Positions 26,501 through 39,077 of a stretch of 64,000 nt of DNA are shown in pieces. The stretch's first letter is position 1. The number at the start of each line of letters is the position of its first letter. The notes below the pieces were generated by a model. That model worked only from the letters and a program-made list of their open reading frames with translations. It was not told where the DNA came from and searched no databases. The DNA lies in assembly GCA_964035545.1 (NCBI GenBank), contig OZ037767.1, forward strand, positions 4,170,707 through 4,234,706. Direction: 5' to 3'. Source of the stretch: Bugula neritina. Its lineage: Eukaryota; Animalia; Bryozoa. Made by a program: the position numbers and the translations under genes.

Positions 26501-27032
26501 AGGTGAGTTATGTGTCAGTGACATGAACAGACAGGTAAGTTATGTGTCAGTGACATGAACAAACAGGTGAGTTATGTGTCAGTGACATGAACAGACAGGT
26601 GAGTTATGTGTCAGTGACATGAACAGACAGGTGAGTTATGTGCCAGTGACATGAACAGACAGGTGAGTTAGGTATTATTGACATGAATATTAAAGCATAT
26701 AATATTTAATAGTCTGTGATTATTTTATTAAACTCTGCCAATGATTAATTTGTCTGTTACTCTTTCAGGTATCAGTTCTGTCTGCAATGCTATTTGAAAT
26801 AATCCTTTCCTAATTCTTTAGTCTGATATATCCAATCAAACTATTTAGAAATGACTCACACTGCATACTGTTTTTAAAAAGAAAGTCAACTTAATACATG
26901 TTTCTGTTGTAGAGCCATCAACTGGTTCGTGGAGGTGGCACTGTATGTTTCTTTGACTTGGGAGTACAGAAACAGTACATGTCTCTCATTCAATCCATTG
27001 ACACGTGCAAGCAATATAGATCCAATGAGTAG
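23591..27032 (+). CDS. DNASE2: Deoxyribonuclease II (acid DNase, plancitoxin-like family), ~362 aa, 8 exons
   Basis: Exons 23591-23694, 23839-24022, 24256-24337, 24689-24853, 25099-25293, 25853-25965, 26281-26406, 26913-27032. Signal peptide, VDWFIVYKLP, YND, GHTKG, WLIHSVPKFPP, FAKS, DHSK, CVGDINR, RGGGTVC. Confidence 0.95.
26378..26685 (+). repeat. 32-bp minisatellite overlapping the DNase II exon 7 donor
   Basis: Unit GTRAGTTATGTGTCAGTGACATGAACARACAG. CAG|GTRAGT at 26407, 26439, 26471, 26503, 26535, 26567, 26599, 26631, 26663. Confidence 0.95.
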
Positions 27033-28615
27033 ACCACTTCTATGTGGTGGAGATAATACCATTATGGTTTTTGTTGCCATGTAAATTAAATTTAGGCTTT
27101 TCAGCATTGTGTTGCTGCACATAAAACATGTATATATGATATTGATATTTAGCATGGCATTAGACACAGGGAGTCTAGCTGTTGAGAATGATCTGGAAAA
27201 GTTTGCCAATTATTTTAACTGTGATTGGTTAGTTGATCTGTTTTCAATACTCTAACAAATTTAAGAAACATTAGCAGTTGTCTTACCAATTTAAGACAGG
27301 TGTATTTGTTATTGTGCTTTATACAATGATGTTGATGTGTTGAAGGCAATCATTACTATTAGACAATTAATGTTAGAATGCTTATAATTTTACAACTATA
27401 TCATATTTTTGTACCAATTTTTATTATTTGTGTATAAATTCTTTTATTTTATGCTCTCAGAATTATTTTGAAATTTTTGTTTCTATTCTCATTTTTTTGT
27501 GTCTATGCAACAGCACAATTTTTTATTCGATGCACATTTTTTTGTAATATTGATATTCAGTAGCCTATTTTGTAATTCTCTCTTGTAGTAGAACAAGCAT
27601 ATCAATTATATATCTAAATTTAATACCATGTTTGAGACATTAAAAGTTTTAAATATTATATATTTTTATTAATTTATGTATTTTTACCAATTTTATTTTT
27701 GTATATATAAAGTTGTTTTTTGTAAGTTTAAGGTGAGTTAATAAAGAGATGGATTACTATTGTTTTACTTTGTCATGTAATGATAAATGCTGTCATAAAA
27801 CAAACATAGGAAGGATTAGGGTAAGGCAGCAGAATGGCTGTGTATTTGGAACATTAAAAGGGTACTTAAAAGCAGAACTTTCATGATGAAATGTAATTCT
27901 GCGTCGTTCATAGTTGCTGTTTTTTGCATTAACAAGTGCACAGCATCAAAACATTGATGCCTCCCGATTGTCATTTCTGTTTGCCAAAAACACAGTCAAA
28001 CTTAAGCGGGAAATTGTCTCCATAGGCTGTCATGTTCATGTTTGATGGAAGATTGCTAATAATTAAATCAACTTTTTGTGCAAAATATTTTTTTGATTAA
28101 AATGTGATCTAGTGTGTAGCTCTTGTACGATTGTTGTGATAAAAATTCCTCTCTTTCTGAGTACAATATAGTAAACTAGGCCACCTTTTGCTTTAATTCT
28201 TACTGGTGTCTCATTTTATTGTGTTTACAAATTACATCACACCAAATTGACACCTCACCAGCTTGGCACCATCAAGACCAATAACAACTCAAAAGTACGT
28301 AACCATGACAACTTTTAAAAACAATAAACTTTTTGTGACACGTGAGCAAAAATGAAATATAAATAATTGTATTTACCATCAGTAGAGAAAAGCAATGCTT
28401 TAGGGGCTTATTAATATATTGCTATACTATACAACAACCTGCTGACTAGCACATGCTTTTGTCAATAGGCTGCACTGTAGACACAGCTTGTCTGCAAAAG
28501 TCACATACAATATGTAAATGCTGTATATACTTCAGTTTACACAACTTTTAAATTATCTGCTGTAATAAAAGCATAAGTTTCTTCTATCGCGAAGGTAGGG
28601 GAAATGGAACTCTGT

Positions 28616-28662
28616 TCTGTGCTGATGAGGGGACAAATCCCGAAGCAACTGCTGTACACAGA
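28616..28662 (+). ncRNA. Type I hammerhead ribozyme motif, slightly degenerate
   Basis: Stem I TCTGTG/CACAGA, core CTGATGA, stem II GGGG-ACAAA-TCCC, GAA, short stem III GCA..TGT, cleavage triplet GTA. GAAG replaces the canonical GAAA. Confidence 0.65.
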
Positions 28663-30280
28663 TTGCAGCAATGTTTGTATATGCACATTTCAGCAGCTAT
28701 CTATAACCATGCAACTATATTTTGTTGAGTTGTTTATATTGTTATGAAAAACCTTCACTTCTATGTCATGGTTGCAAAAGCAGGTGCAAATTGAAGCTGC
28801 TTAACGTTACGGATATGACTACTTCATAACACAAACTCATTTACTATAATATCGTAGCTATTTTTATGCGCATTGTAACATTTTGCAGGTTTGAACTTTG
28901 ATGAATGTTTTTGCATGCCTCGTATTAAAAGAATTTATTGACAATTTGTCATTAATTTACAATACCACCAGTTTGCCAAGTTACTATCTTATTGGTAATG
29001 TTACAAAGCAATTTTTATGCTGAATGCACAAATATAAAATATCTAGGCTCTTTATAGATTTATGTATGTTGTAACAGCCAAAAGCCTATTTCAAATCAGG
29101 ATCTACATGAAATGTTACCATAAGCTGGTGATTTATTAATACAGTTTCAGTTAATCTACCTCATATGACGGTGTGTGTTCATCAGGCGATCACCCATCCA
29201 TGTATGAACTGCTAGTATAGTACCAACTTTTCTACTGAGTTTTATACAAGATAAGCCGATTTTTCAACTTGAGACTAACAAATACCTCATCAGCCATGGC
29301 AAGGTATTGGCGAAGAAACACCAACTAACAGAACTATGTGGGGCAGGCGAGCAACTACCAGAAGCATTTTAGTAAGTGTACGAAGAAATATACCACAACT
29401 TATCTCTTTCTGGCAGCTGATCAGAGAATGTATGTATGGTGCTAATAGTAGTAGCGTGTACCTGCATGTCAAAGAGAATATTCTGCTTCACTTGTTTACT
29501 TACAAACATTCTAAACGAACTGACACTCATATCTCTAAGAGGTAATAAAGAAGTAACCCTCTTTTACTCATAAGATCTAATTAATAAATTCTGCTACGTC
29601 AGTCACTTCGTGTGGTACTTTCTTAGTTTAGGTTTCAGTGAGCAACTGAATTGAGTGAAGTTCTGAAGATTGATGTTTTGGATTTTAGAATACCCTAGCT
29701 ACCAAGTATATAGTGTTGTCTAACAGTCACACTTAACTCATCAACTCGTTTCATTGCTTTGTCTGGCAGCAAAGCAGCCTTAAAGTTTGCTGGCCAATCA
29801 TGTTAGTACGTTTGCACCTTAAAGAATGAACAATGCTTTGACAAACATCAGTAGTATTGTAATCAGCATATAATATTGCTGAAGACAAAAATCTACATAA
29901 GAAGTGGGCTTTTTCTAATGCTGCAGAATTCGTACATAACTCATTATTGAAATCATGTCAACCAGAACATTTTTAGAACCTTCATTTCAATGCATCATAA
30001 CTAAATTCGATTTTTTGAGGAAAAACTGCTGAATCATGCATTGTAAAACATTTCAAAACCAGTAAATGACTCTCCATAAATTAATCTCAATTATTATTTC
30101 TCTGCTATTTGAAAATAGATTTCCCTGGTGTTTTGCTTAACATCAATGTTTTTGCATGCATATTATGCTATAAATTTAAAATATATATTATTACACAAGC
30201 ATAAACCTATATGCATACTTCACTAGAATAGATCATTGCACAGTATTGTCTCATTACTTCCAAGTCTAAAGCACACACAC

Positions 30281-31910
30281 ATGGTAAGGACTTGTGTGAT
30301 TTATACAATGATACGTGCTCAAAGCTCAGCATTCCCAACTGCTATGCACTTAACATTTAGTCTTCACTGTAAAGGCAGAACCTTTTGCTGAAATGTAACT
30401 CTGCAGAAAAGCATCCACGTAGCGGCTGTCTCTGTGTGCATAGCAATACTATACTGATTAGTGCAACTAAAATCTCTCAATTTTAAATAAATACTTTTTA
30501 TCCGTGACCATATAAAAGTTAGCTACTGCATAAAGCATAGAATGCTTTTACATTGCAGTAGACAATAAAGCATGCAAAATGACTTTTGTAAACATAGCCT
30601 TACATGTGGTAGAAACTTTCAAAAGGTTCTCCGTGGACTGCAAGGTTACTAAAAGAGAATTGGTTTTACTTGCCTTGTGTGAATACATAAATTAATTGTA
30701 CTTAATTTTATAAAACTATTTTTTAGAACTTCTCTTTGTTTAATGCATTTTTCATACAATCAACTACATGAACATTGTAGTATCAAGATATATGCTTTTT
30801 TTAAACGCAGAGTATAAAATATCTTGTGATAATGAACTGATGATGTAACATACAATAATTAGTTTTCTAAGATCTTAATGACTCGTGACATTTCTCTAAG
30901 TAACCTAGCAGGGAAGCATTTACAGTTAATAAGCAGTCATGCAGAAACCATTGCACCTGCTATATGTACCTTAGTAATTACTTTAAAAGTTGCTCATTCT
31001 AACTAATATAACTTATAGCTGCATCATATTTAATAGTATTAATTAGTTCAACTTAATAATCAATATACCATAGCATTCACACTAATGCAGATGGGTTGGT
31101 AAATAAACAAGTTAGGTCTTTAGTATGAGGTGTGAGAAAGCTAGCTCATCCAATTGCTACTTTATCATAATTTCAGACCGGGTTTTGCCTACATAGTTTG
31201 TGACATGTTCAGCCCAACCTAAAATTCCTTCTACTGAATTGTGACTTACAAATTATTTGTATGTTTGTTTGTTTGTTTGTTTATTTGACTGTTTACACAC
31301 AGTTTATTTACTATTCACTGTCTGATTGTAGAGATTGACTACTGCTATTTTTATCACTCACATTGCGCTTTGTCAGCGCACGTTCATCTCCTCTTCCAGT
31401 GAAGGGACAACCCCTGTAAGCAAAGTTACAACTTCTAACGAGGCGACAACTCCTAGTGAGATTACAACTCCTAGCGAGGCAAGCACAGAATCAGCTACAC
31501 GACTTTCTCTAAATGCAATAGAAATAAGCAACGGACTGAATGCTTCATCTACAAGCAGATTTCGAACTACTCGGCCACTTCTGCAGGACATAAAATCTTC
31601 CATAGTTACCAGGCGAACTCCAACACAAAGTAATACAACTCCAGATGTCGCTCAAAGTGAATCTCTTTCAACAAAGTTACAGTCACAGACAACTACAGAA
31701 CGCTATTTAGTAGACAAATCATATGTACCAACTCTCGCAGCTGTGTGCTGCATTGTCGGCATACTGGTTTTATTACTAGCGTGTCTCATCGGCACTCATC
31801 AAATCAAGAGTAAACAGCCACAAAGACGGAAGAAGAAACTCATGTTTCATAAAAAGATAACTGTGCATACACAGAACACTAGCAGACGATACCTAATGCA
31901 AACCACTTGA
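30281..31910 (+). CDS. Small Ser/Thr-rich (mucin-like) type I membrane protein, ~190 aa
   Basis: Main exon 31332-31910 follows ATTGTAG: hydrophobic N-terminus, S/T/P-rich stalk, TM helix LAAVCCIVGILVLLLACLIG, basic tail QRRKKK. The start is tentatively an ATG|GTAAGG mini-exon at 30281-30283, which is uncertain. Confidence 0.55.
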
Positions 31911-32834
31911 TCACCAGATGAATTTTTATTATCTCCTGGCTTCAATATTATAATATATAATGGGAGAACACAATTCTGTTAAAGGCTAAACTAATTTTTG
32001 GCACAAAATGACCGTTTTGTAAAGCAAGTTTAAAGTTTAAGACAAATTGAACATATATAGTTTGATGCATGATATAGTGTGCAGATCTTTATAAAGTTAA
32101 TATTACTAGTCTATTAATTTTGATATGTTAAAAAATATATAACTACGTATCATAAGGGCTTTAAGGCATATAAGGCTATAAGGCATCATTCCGTAATAAT
32201 ATATCACTTGATTTATTTGAAAATCCTTAACTTCAGACCATAGTGCAATAAATTAGCATATATAATTATTAGCAACAAGTGCAGTTAATAACTTAGTTAG
32301 TGCATTATTTATTATTACAATATTTTTACAAACAAGTCACTTTTCCACAAATTAATGAACACTCATATGAGCTCCAATAACTATTTCTATACAAAAGACT
32401 TGTTACTGAAATCAACTGTTGGGAGAAGAAAAGGCTGAAAAGGATTTTTAATGGTGATTAATAATTTCAAAGTGTCACGCAGCTGTCATATTATTATGTT
32501 GGTTTACACTTCGCAATGGATAAATAAAGAGCTAAAGCGGATGTTTTCTAAGTGCTAATTGTTGCAGTAATATTCCTATTTGCTACATACACAATTTACA
32601 GTGTTGATGTGTACTATATATCCTGTAAAATGCTTTCAGAGAATATAGCCTGCACAAACAAGTCACTTGTGTTGAAAATTAGTAGGAGTTTATTCTTAGG
32701 TGTTATTTTTAAATTATACGCACACAACAAGCCAAAATAAATAAGAAACTAAAAAAAAACTACAATTTCATTTTATATACGTATATACATAGTATATACG
32801 TATATAAATATATACCGAAATATATATTGGTTTC

Positions 32835-32985
32835 CCCGGAGATAGATGATTCCAAGAACTAAGCCAACATAAGCAAGCTTATAGGACGGTGCTGTGTTGA
32901 ACAGCTAGGTGTTGGATTTTTTACAAGTAATCTCTCAATAGCAATGAAAGAAGTTATTTCATGAATAGTTGCTATATGAACTTAA
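32835..32985 (-). mobile_element. Degraded non-LTR retrotransposon reverse transcriptase fragment
   Basis: Minus-strand translation LLVKNPTPSCSTQHRPISLLMLA*FLESSI resembles the LINE RT N-terminal K..P....YRPISLL...K.LE motif. Contains an internal stop. Confidence 0.5.
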
Positions 32986-33796
32986 TAAACAGATTGGATG
33001 CAATGATTTTTTTACCGTAGGTAAGCATCCTAAACAGTCCATATAAATATATATTTAATAAAACAATGCATAATAAACATGTTGTATCCTATTGCGTTAT
33101 ATATGTTATATTACTATTAGCTGCTTTACATATAAAATCTAATTCTTGGCAAACTTCACTTTGATTATAATATACACTAGTTTTGCTGGAATGCTGTTAG
33201 CCATAAACCTGCTTCTATTATTAATGATGTTGCATCTCAACTTTACCAACAATTCTGTTTTAGGCTGTTATATGGGAAATGGCATTTATGAGGGTACTAG
33301 ATCATCTAAAAATTGAAACACTATTCGCTTACAATCAAGTTTGTAACCCGCGTACTGTAAACTGTATTTTATATTTATATTTGTAAAGTTGCTATTTAAT
33401 GTACATAGTATTATTTTAGATGTACTCAAGTCTAAAATAAAAACAATCAATATTATAAGGAGTTGTCTTTTCTTGACATTTAAAAATAAACCATTAAACT
33501 GGAACCCAGAAAAACTAAGCCTGGGTTTGAAGTAAATAATTGACTACGTGGCCAATAAATATTCACGGTAAAGTACTAATCGCTAAAATGCTACTTTTGT
33601 GAACTTTGAACACTGGTTAGGTTGTAGTTAGTAAAGCTTTGCAAGCTTCAAGCTTCCTACGACCTTATAGTTGTAACATTAACTCGATTATAATTTTATT
33701 TATTGCTACTACTACTTGCTAAGAACAACGCAGAGTGATAGATTGATGATTGTGAGATTGTTATGAAATAAAAGTCAAACTTTATCGAGTCTAAAA

Positions 33797-36700
33797 ATGA
33801 AAGGATTGAAAGTCTTGCAGTATTATGCTAAACGCAGTATTTTCCAAAGTCGACACCTCTCTTTAAGTTTATCTGCTAAATCAAATCAAAATGTGAGTAG
33901 GAGTCGTTATGATCATCATTCATTCATTGTGATTACGATTTAATTTAATGCACGATCGATTCGTTTGGCACATGAGCGTTGTAACTTACAAGCAAACTGT
34001 TTAAAAGAAGTTGAATTCGAAATGTAAGCATGCGAATAGATAACTCACTCACCTCGTAAAATTAGGACACTCTGCTAACACCTACAGGCGCAAAATTATG
34101 AGTGCCTCTTAAGTTGTTTTTGTTTGGGTTTATCATGTGTTAAAATGTATCTATTCTAGCATGTAGCTAAGTTTATATTACAGACAATGACATAGTCCAC
34201 TTCTTTTAGGTGAGAATTGGTTTCGCTGGATTGGTTGGGAACACACCTCTTGTTCGGTTAAATTCAATGAGTGAAGAAACAGGCTGTGAAATACTTGCCA
34301 AAGTTGAGTCAGCTAATGGTGGTGGATCTGTCAAAGATAGGGCAGCTTTGTTTTTAATCAGAGATGCTGAAAACAAGGGCTTATTACGACCAGGTAAATA
34401 GCTGAAACAGGACACATCAAATTCAGTTTACTAATCAAAAATTAGTTCAATTGAAAAAATACCATAACATTGAATATTTTTATTAATATGTTATTAGAAA
34501 ATGTAGTCATTCCCGAGACTTGATGCCATCTACATGTTGAAATAGAACTTATTCTTCAAGTTTATGCATAAGAATAAAACTGTTCATTGAACAGTATTTA
34601 AATAAATTTTCACTAAAATAGATAAGACCTAAATATGCAAAAACTATTACACTTTTCAACAATTTTTTTTTACCACTGGCAGGAAAATGTATTACCTCTG
34701 TAAAACTTGACCATGTGTATGTTGTATTTTTCATTGTCATTTCCTTGCAGGGGGTACAGTAGTGGAAGGAACAGCGGGAAACACTGGGATAGGTCTAGCT
34801 CATGTGTGCAATGCTTTAGGTTATAAATGTGTTATTTTCATGCCCAATACACAATCGAAGGTATGTGTAATAAGCTCATCTCTAAGTTCATGTTGTTTAA
34901 CATAGTAATATACTGTTATCAGTATTCTCCCAACTGACTCACTATTTGGTATATTGATAAGTAAACTCTCTGCATGCTAATTAGATTTATTCTAATTCCT
35001 TGTAAATAATTGTTTATAGTTTGTTGACTGTATTTTTAGCATTTTAAGTTTAAAAGTTTGAAGATTCGTATTTGCTTGTTATAAATAAAACTGACACGAG
35101 TTTGAAAATCTCAAATAAACACTTCCACTAAGTAATATTTTCATGCACATATGTAAATTTTTAACCTAAAATAAATATTTCTTTGCCAGGAGAAAATAGA
35201 GTTGTTAGAGACTCTGGGAGCGGAGGTCAGGCCTCAGCCAGTGGTGCCGTGGGATGACCCTATGAACTATAACCATCAGGCTGCCAGATACGCCGACAGC
35301 ATAGACAATGCTGTGTGGACCAACCAGTTTGACAACACTGCAAACAAGCAAGCTCATATTGAGACTACCGGACCTGAAATATGGTCACAAACCGGTGAGA
35401 GTGGATGGGGTCATTGAGTTCACCTCCCATACCCCATGTTGTGATAGAATAGTTATATTCTCAATATTGGTTTTTATGTTCTGGTGCTTGCAATAGAGTC
35501 GAGATTAGTTTGAACAACAAATGTTTATGCTGATGCTAATTATAATATTTAGGTTTATTTTAACTCAACAGTTTTTAGTATTTTAGAACTACTATCGCTA
35601 TGTAAGCATAGGCCTATGTGTACTATCAAGTATGGCTTTGTTTTGGATAAGAAATCAGTTGACAAAAATAAGTATGACTAAAACTTATCATCAACAATGC
35701 ACTTATTGGGCAGTTTGCTTCGTCTACCCTTATGTTTTTATAACTTTTGGTAAGTTTGGTAGATTGAGTGAATTTAAACTTTCTAATGTCACTCAAAGGT
35801 TTTAGCCGCCTGTTTTTATGAAAACTCCAAGTCAAATTGAATATTTAGTTGAAATAAACTGTTTTCAAAAAGCTAGCGTTGTTCTTCGCTTGACTTATTG
35901 GTTAGGTTGAGACTAAAATGACTCTTCAATGATTTAACTACTTCATTTATATCAGAATCTTATGAAGGATTCTGGATACTTGCTACTGTTGCTTTTCCTT
36001 CTCTTGGTGTGTCGTCATTACTAGATAATGTCTTCCTTTCATAAACAGGTGGGAAAGTTGATGCTGTGGTGTTTGGCACTGGCACTGGTGGAACTCTAGC
36101 TGGTGTAGCAACTTATCTCAAGGAGATGAATCATAAAATACACACAGAGCTGGCTGACCCACAAGTAATATGCCAGTTATAATATAGTAATATACTAAAT
36201 ATAATATACTAGCTATAATATAGTAATATACTAAATATAATATACTAGCTATAATATAGTAATATAATAGGTGTGATGTAATAGTATATTAGATATTATC
36301 TAATAATCTACTACATATAATATAGTAGCATACTAAATATAATGTAGTAATATACTAGTTATAAGATAGTAATACTAGCTATAATATACTAGGTGTGATA
36401 TAGTAATATACTAGGTGTGATGTAATAGTATATTAGATATTATCTAATAATATACTACATATAATATAGTAGCATACTAAATGTAATGTAGTAATATACT
36501 AGTTATAAGATAGTAATACTAGATATAATATACTAACTACATGCAGACTATCTTTATTTAACGCTGACCTGTTTGCTAAAACCAGAGTTGTCTGCTCTCT
36601 TATAAGACACAATTGATGATTTGGTGGAGGAAAACTAAACGCTGAACTTATTTAAACATTATTCTACATTCTAAATAGTTTATACCAAATAGGAATGCAT

Positions 36701-39077
36701 AAAAATCTACTGTTAATATTTTAGTATGTATTTTTAGGTGACAAATTAATTTTCATATCTTTATTATAGGATGTGTATTAACCAAGTTTCATATTTGGTG
36801 TTTACTTTATTTTATTTCAGTTATATATTGAAAGTAGTTGTTACCGTAATTAAGTTTTGCATATTTACTATGGATGTACTGTATAACTACATCAAACTGT
36901 GTATATTTAGGGCAGTGTACTGTATAACTACATCAAACTGTGTATATTATAAGGTAGTGTACTGTATAACTACATCAAACTGTGTATATTATAGGGTAGT
37001 GTACTGTATAACTACATCAAACTGTGTATATTATAGGGTAGTGTACTGTATAACTACATCAAACTGTGTATATTATAGGGCAGTGTACTATATAACTACA
37101 TCAAACTGTGTATATTATAGGGCAGTGTACTGTATAACTACATGAAACTGTGTATATTATAGGGCAGTGTACTGTATAACTACATCAAACTGTGTATATT
37201 ATAGGGTAGTGTGCTGTATAACTACATCAAACTGTGTATATTTAGGGTAGTGTACTGTATAACTACATCTAACTGTGTATATTTAGGGTAGTGTACTGTA
37301 TAACTACATCAAACTGTGTATATATAGGGTAGTGTACTGTATAACTACATCTAACTGTGTATATTTAGGGCAGTGTGCTGTATAACTACATCAAACTATG
37401 TATATTTAGGGTAGTGTACTGTATAACTACATCAAACTGTGTATATATAGGGTAGTGTACTGTATAACTACATCTAACTGTGTATATTATAGGGTAGTGT
37501 ACTGTATAACTACATCAAACTGTGTATATTTAGGGCAGTGTACTGTATAACTACATCAAACTGTGTATATTATAGGGTAGTGTACTGTATAACTACATCA
37601 AACACGGTAAACTAGAAAGGTCGGAGGGATCTTCTATAGCGGAGGGTATAGGTCAAGGTCGAGTGACTGCTAACCTTAAAGATGCACCTATTGATGATGC
37701 TCACGTTGTCATGGATACGGATGCTGTTCGAATGGTATTCAACATATCTGTATATAGTGATCGATTACATTGTATTTCTTACTTGGTTTTAGGAAATGTT
37801 AATATTTTTGGTAAAATAGTCTTTTAAGCTTGACTCACACGCATTCTGAATTAAACATCTTTCAACCCTCAGTTATACAGATTTTATCATACTTATATAT
37901 GTCATAATTTTATAATATCTAACTCTCTTTGCAATTTTTAATCTTTGCTATGCGTTTGATCTAATTTGTTAAAATGCTGTTTTTGTTAGCTGACGAGTTT
38001 GCACAAAATAACTTTCAGCTAAATTTTAATGGATAATTTACAATGATGGTTTATATTCTTTGCAAAAATTGTTTAATATTTATTGTAGCATAAATGTTAT
38101 TTGTTTTTCATTCTCATAAATGAGTCATGGCACGCAATGACCAGACATGCTCATATTTCATGTGATCAGAAAGTTGTCTTCTCTACTCGCTTGTGTTTCC
38201 TGTTGTAGACCTTCCGTTTGCTTCACGAAGAAGGATTCTTTGTTGGGGCTTCAACCGGGTTGAACGTTGCTGGGGCTGTCAAGGTACGCCTTCTAGTGTA
38301 CTCTGTCATACGTTATACTATGTTACTGTGTCATAGTGTGTACTCTGTCTATGACACTATGTTACTCTGTTATACTATACTCTGTCATACTATACTCTGT
38401 CATACTATACTCTGTCATACTATACTCTGTCATACGTTACTCTGTCATACTATACTCTGTCATACTATACTCTGTCATACGTTACTCTGTCATACTATAC
38501 TCTGTCATACTATATACTCTGTTATACTATACTCTGTCATACTATACTCTGTCATACTATACTCTCTCATACTATACTCTGTTATAATATACTCTGTTAT
38601 ACTATACTCTGTCATATTGTACTCTGTTATAATATACTCTGTTATACTATACTCTGTCATATTGTACTCTGTTATAATATACTCTGTTATACTATACTCT
38701 GTCATACTATACTCTGTCATACGTTACTCTGTCACATGTCACCTACGTTATCTCTGTATATTTTAGGTAGCTAAAGACTTAGGACCTGGCCACACTATAG
38801 TCACATGTATCTGTGATACTGGCAGTAGATACTATGCTAAACTATATAGTCGAGAGTTTCTTCAATCCAAAAGTAAGATAACTCCACCAACTTGTAATGC
38901 ATTCTTTCTGTTTACAAAACCAGAGTTAACTTTTATAGATATTGTATAATAATTGAAGCTCAGTAAATATTTAGCTTGTTGTATGCATATTTAATTATGA
39001 ATATTGCTACCAGCTTGATTTATTTTTCAGATCTGCTGGATTGTATCCCAGAAGCCTACCAGGTGTCACTGCACTGA
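33797..39077 (+). CDS. PLP-dependent cysteine synthase (O-acyl-serine sulfhydrylase, fungal CysB/Cys1-like) with putative mitochondrial presequence, ~365 aa, 9 exons
   Basis: Exons 33797-33892, 34210-34393, 34751-34860, 35190-35394, 36049-36164, 37576-37734, 38209-38283, 38767-38872, 39031-39077. Motifs [15 protein letters not shown] (PLP Lys), [38 protein letters not shown]. No heme or CBS domains. Confidence 0.93.
36175..36537. repeat. AT-rich compound tandem repeat just after a cysteine synthase donor
   Basis: Repeated TATAGTAATATACTA-type units with a larger duplicated block, starting about 10 nt after the donor at 36165. Confidence 0.8.
36875..37602 (+). repeat. 41/42-bp minisatellite (~17 units) overlapping the cysteine synthase exon 6 acceptor
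   Basis: Unit GGYAGTGTACTGTATAACTACATCAAACTGTGTATATT(A)TAG. The last partial unit is the coding start GSVLYNYIK. Confidence 0.95.
38296..38735. repeat. 15-bp minisatellite filling cysteine synthase intron 7
   Basis: Unit ACTCTGTYATACTAT, about 28 copies, occupying almost the whole 483-nt intron. Confidence 0.92.

Noticed and set aside
29155-29270. 5S rRNA-like fragment on the minus strand (TACATGGATGGGTGATCGCCTG)
   Set aside because: Only ~25 nt resemble 5S. Too degenerate to call without an alignment.
33965-34030. Alternative first exon for cysteine synthase (AAT|GTAAGC donor)
   Set aside because: The frame that would join exon 2 contains TGA, and the local ATG frame stops early.
36771-38766. 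Repetitive ORFs ([10 protein letters not shown].., LCHTI.., YSVIL..)
   Set aside because: They are translations of intronic minisatellites. The true cysteine synthase exons are defined by homology and splice sites.
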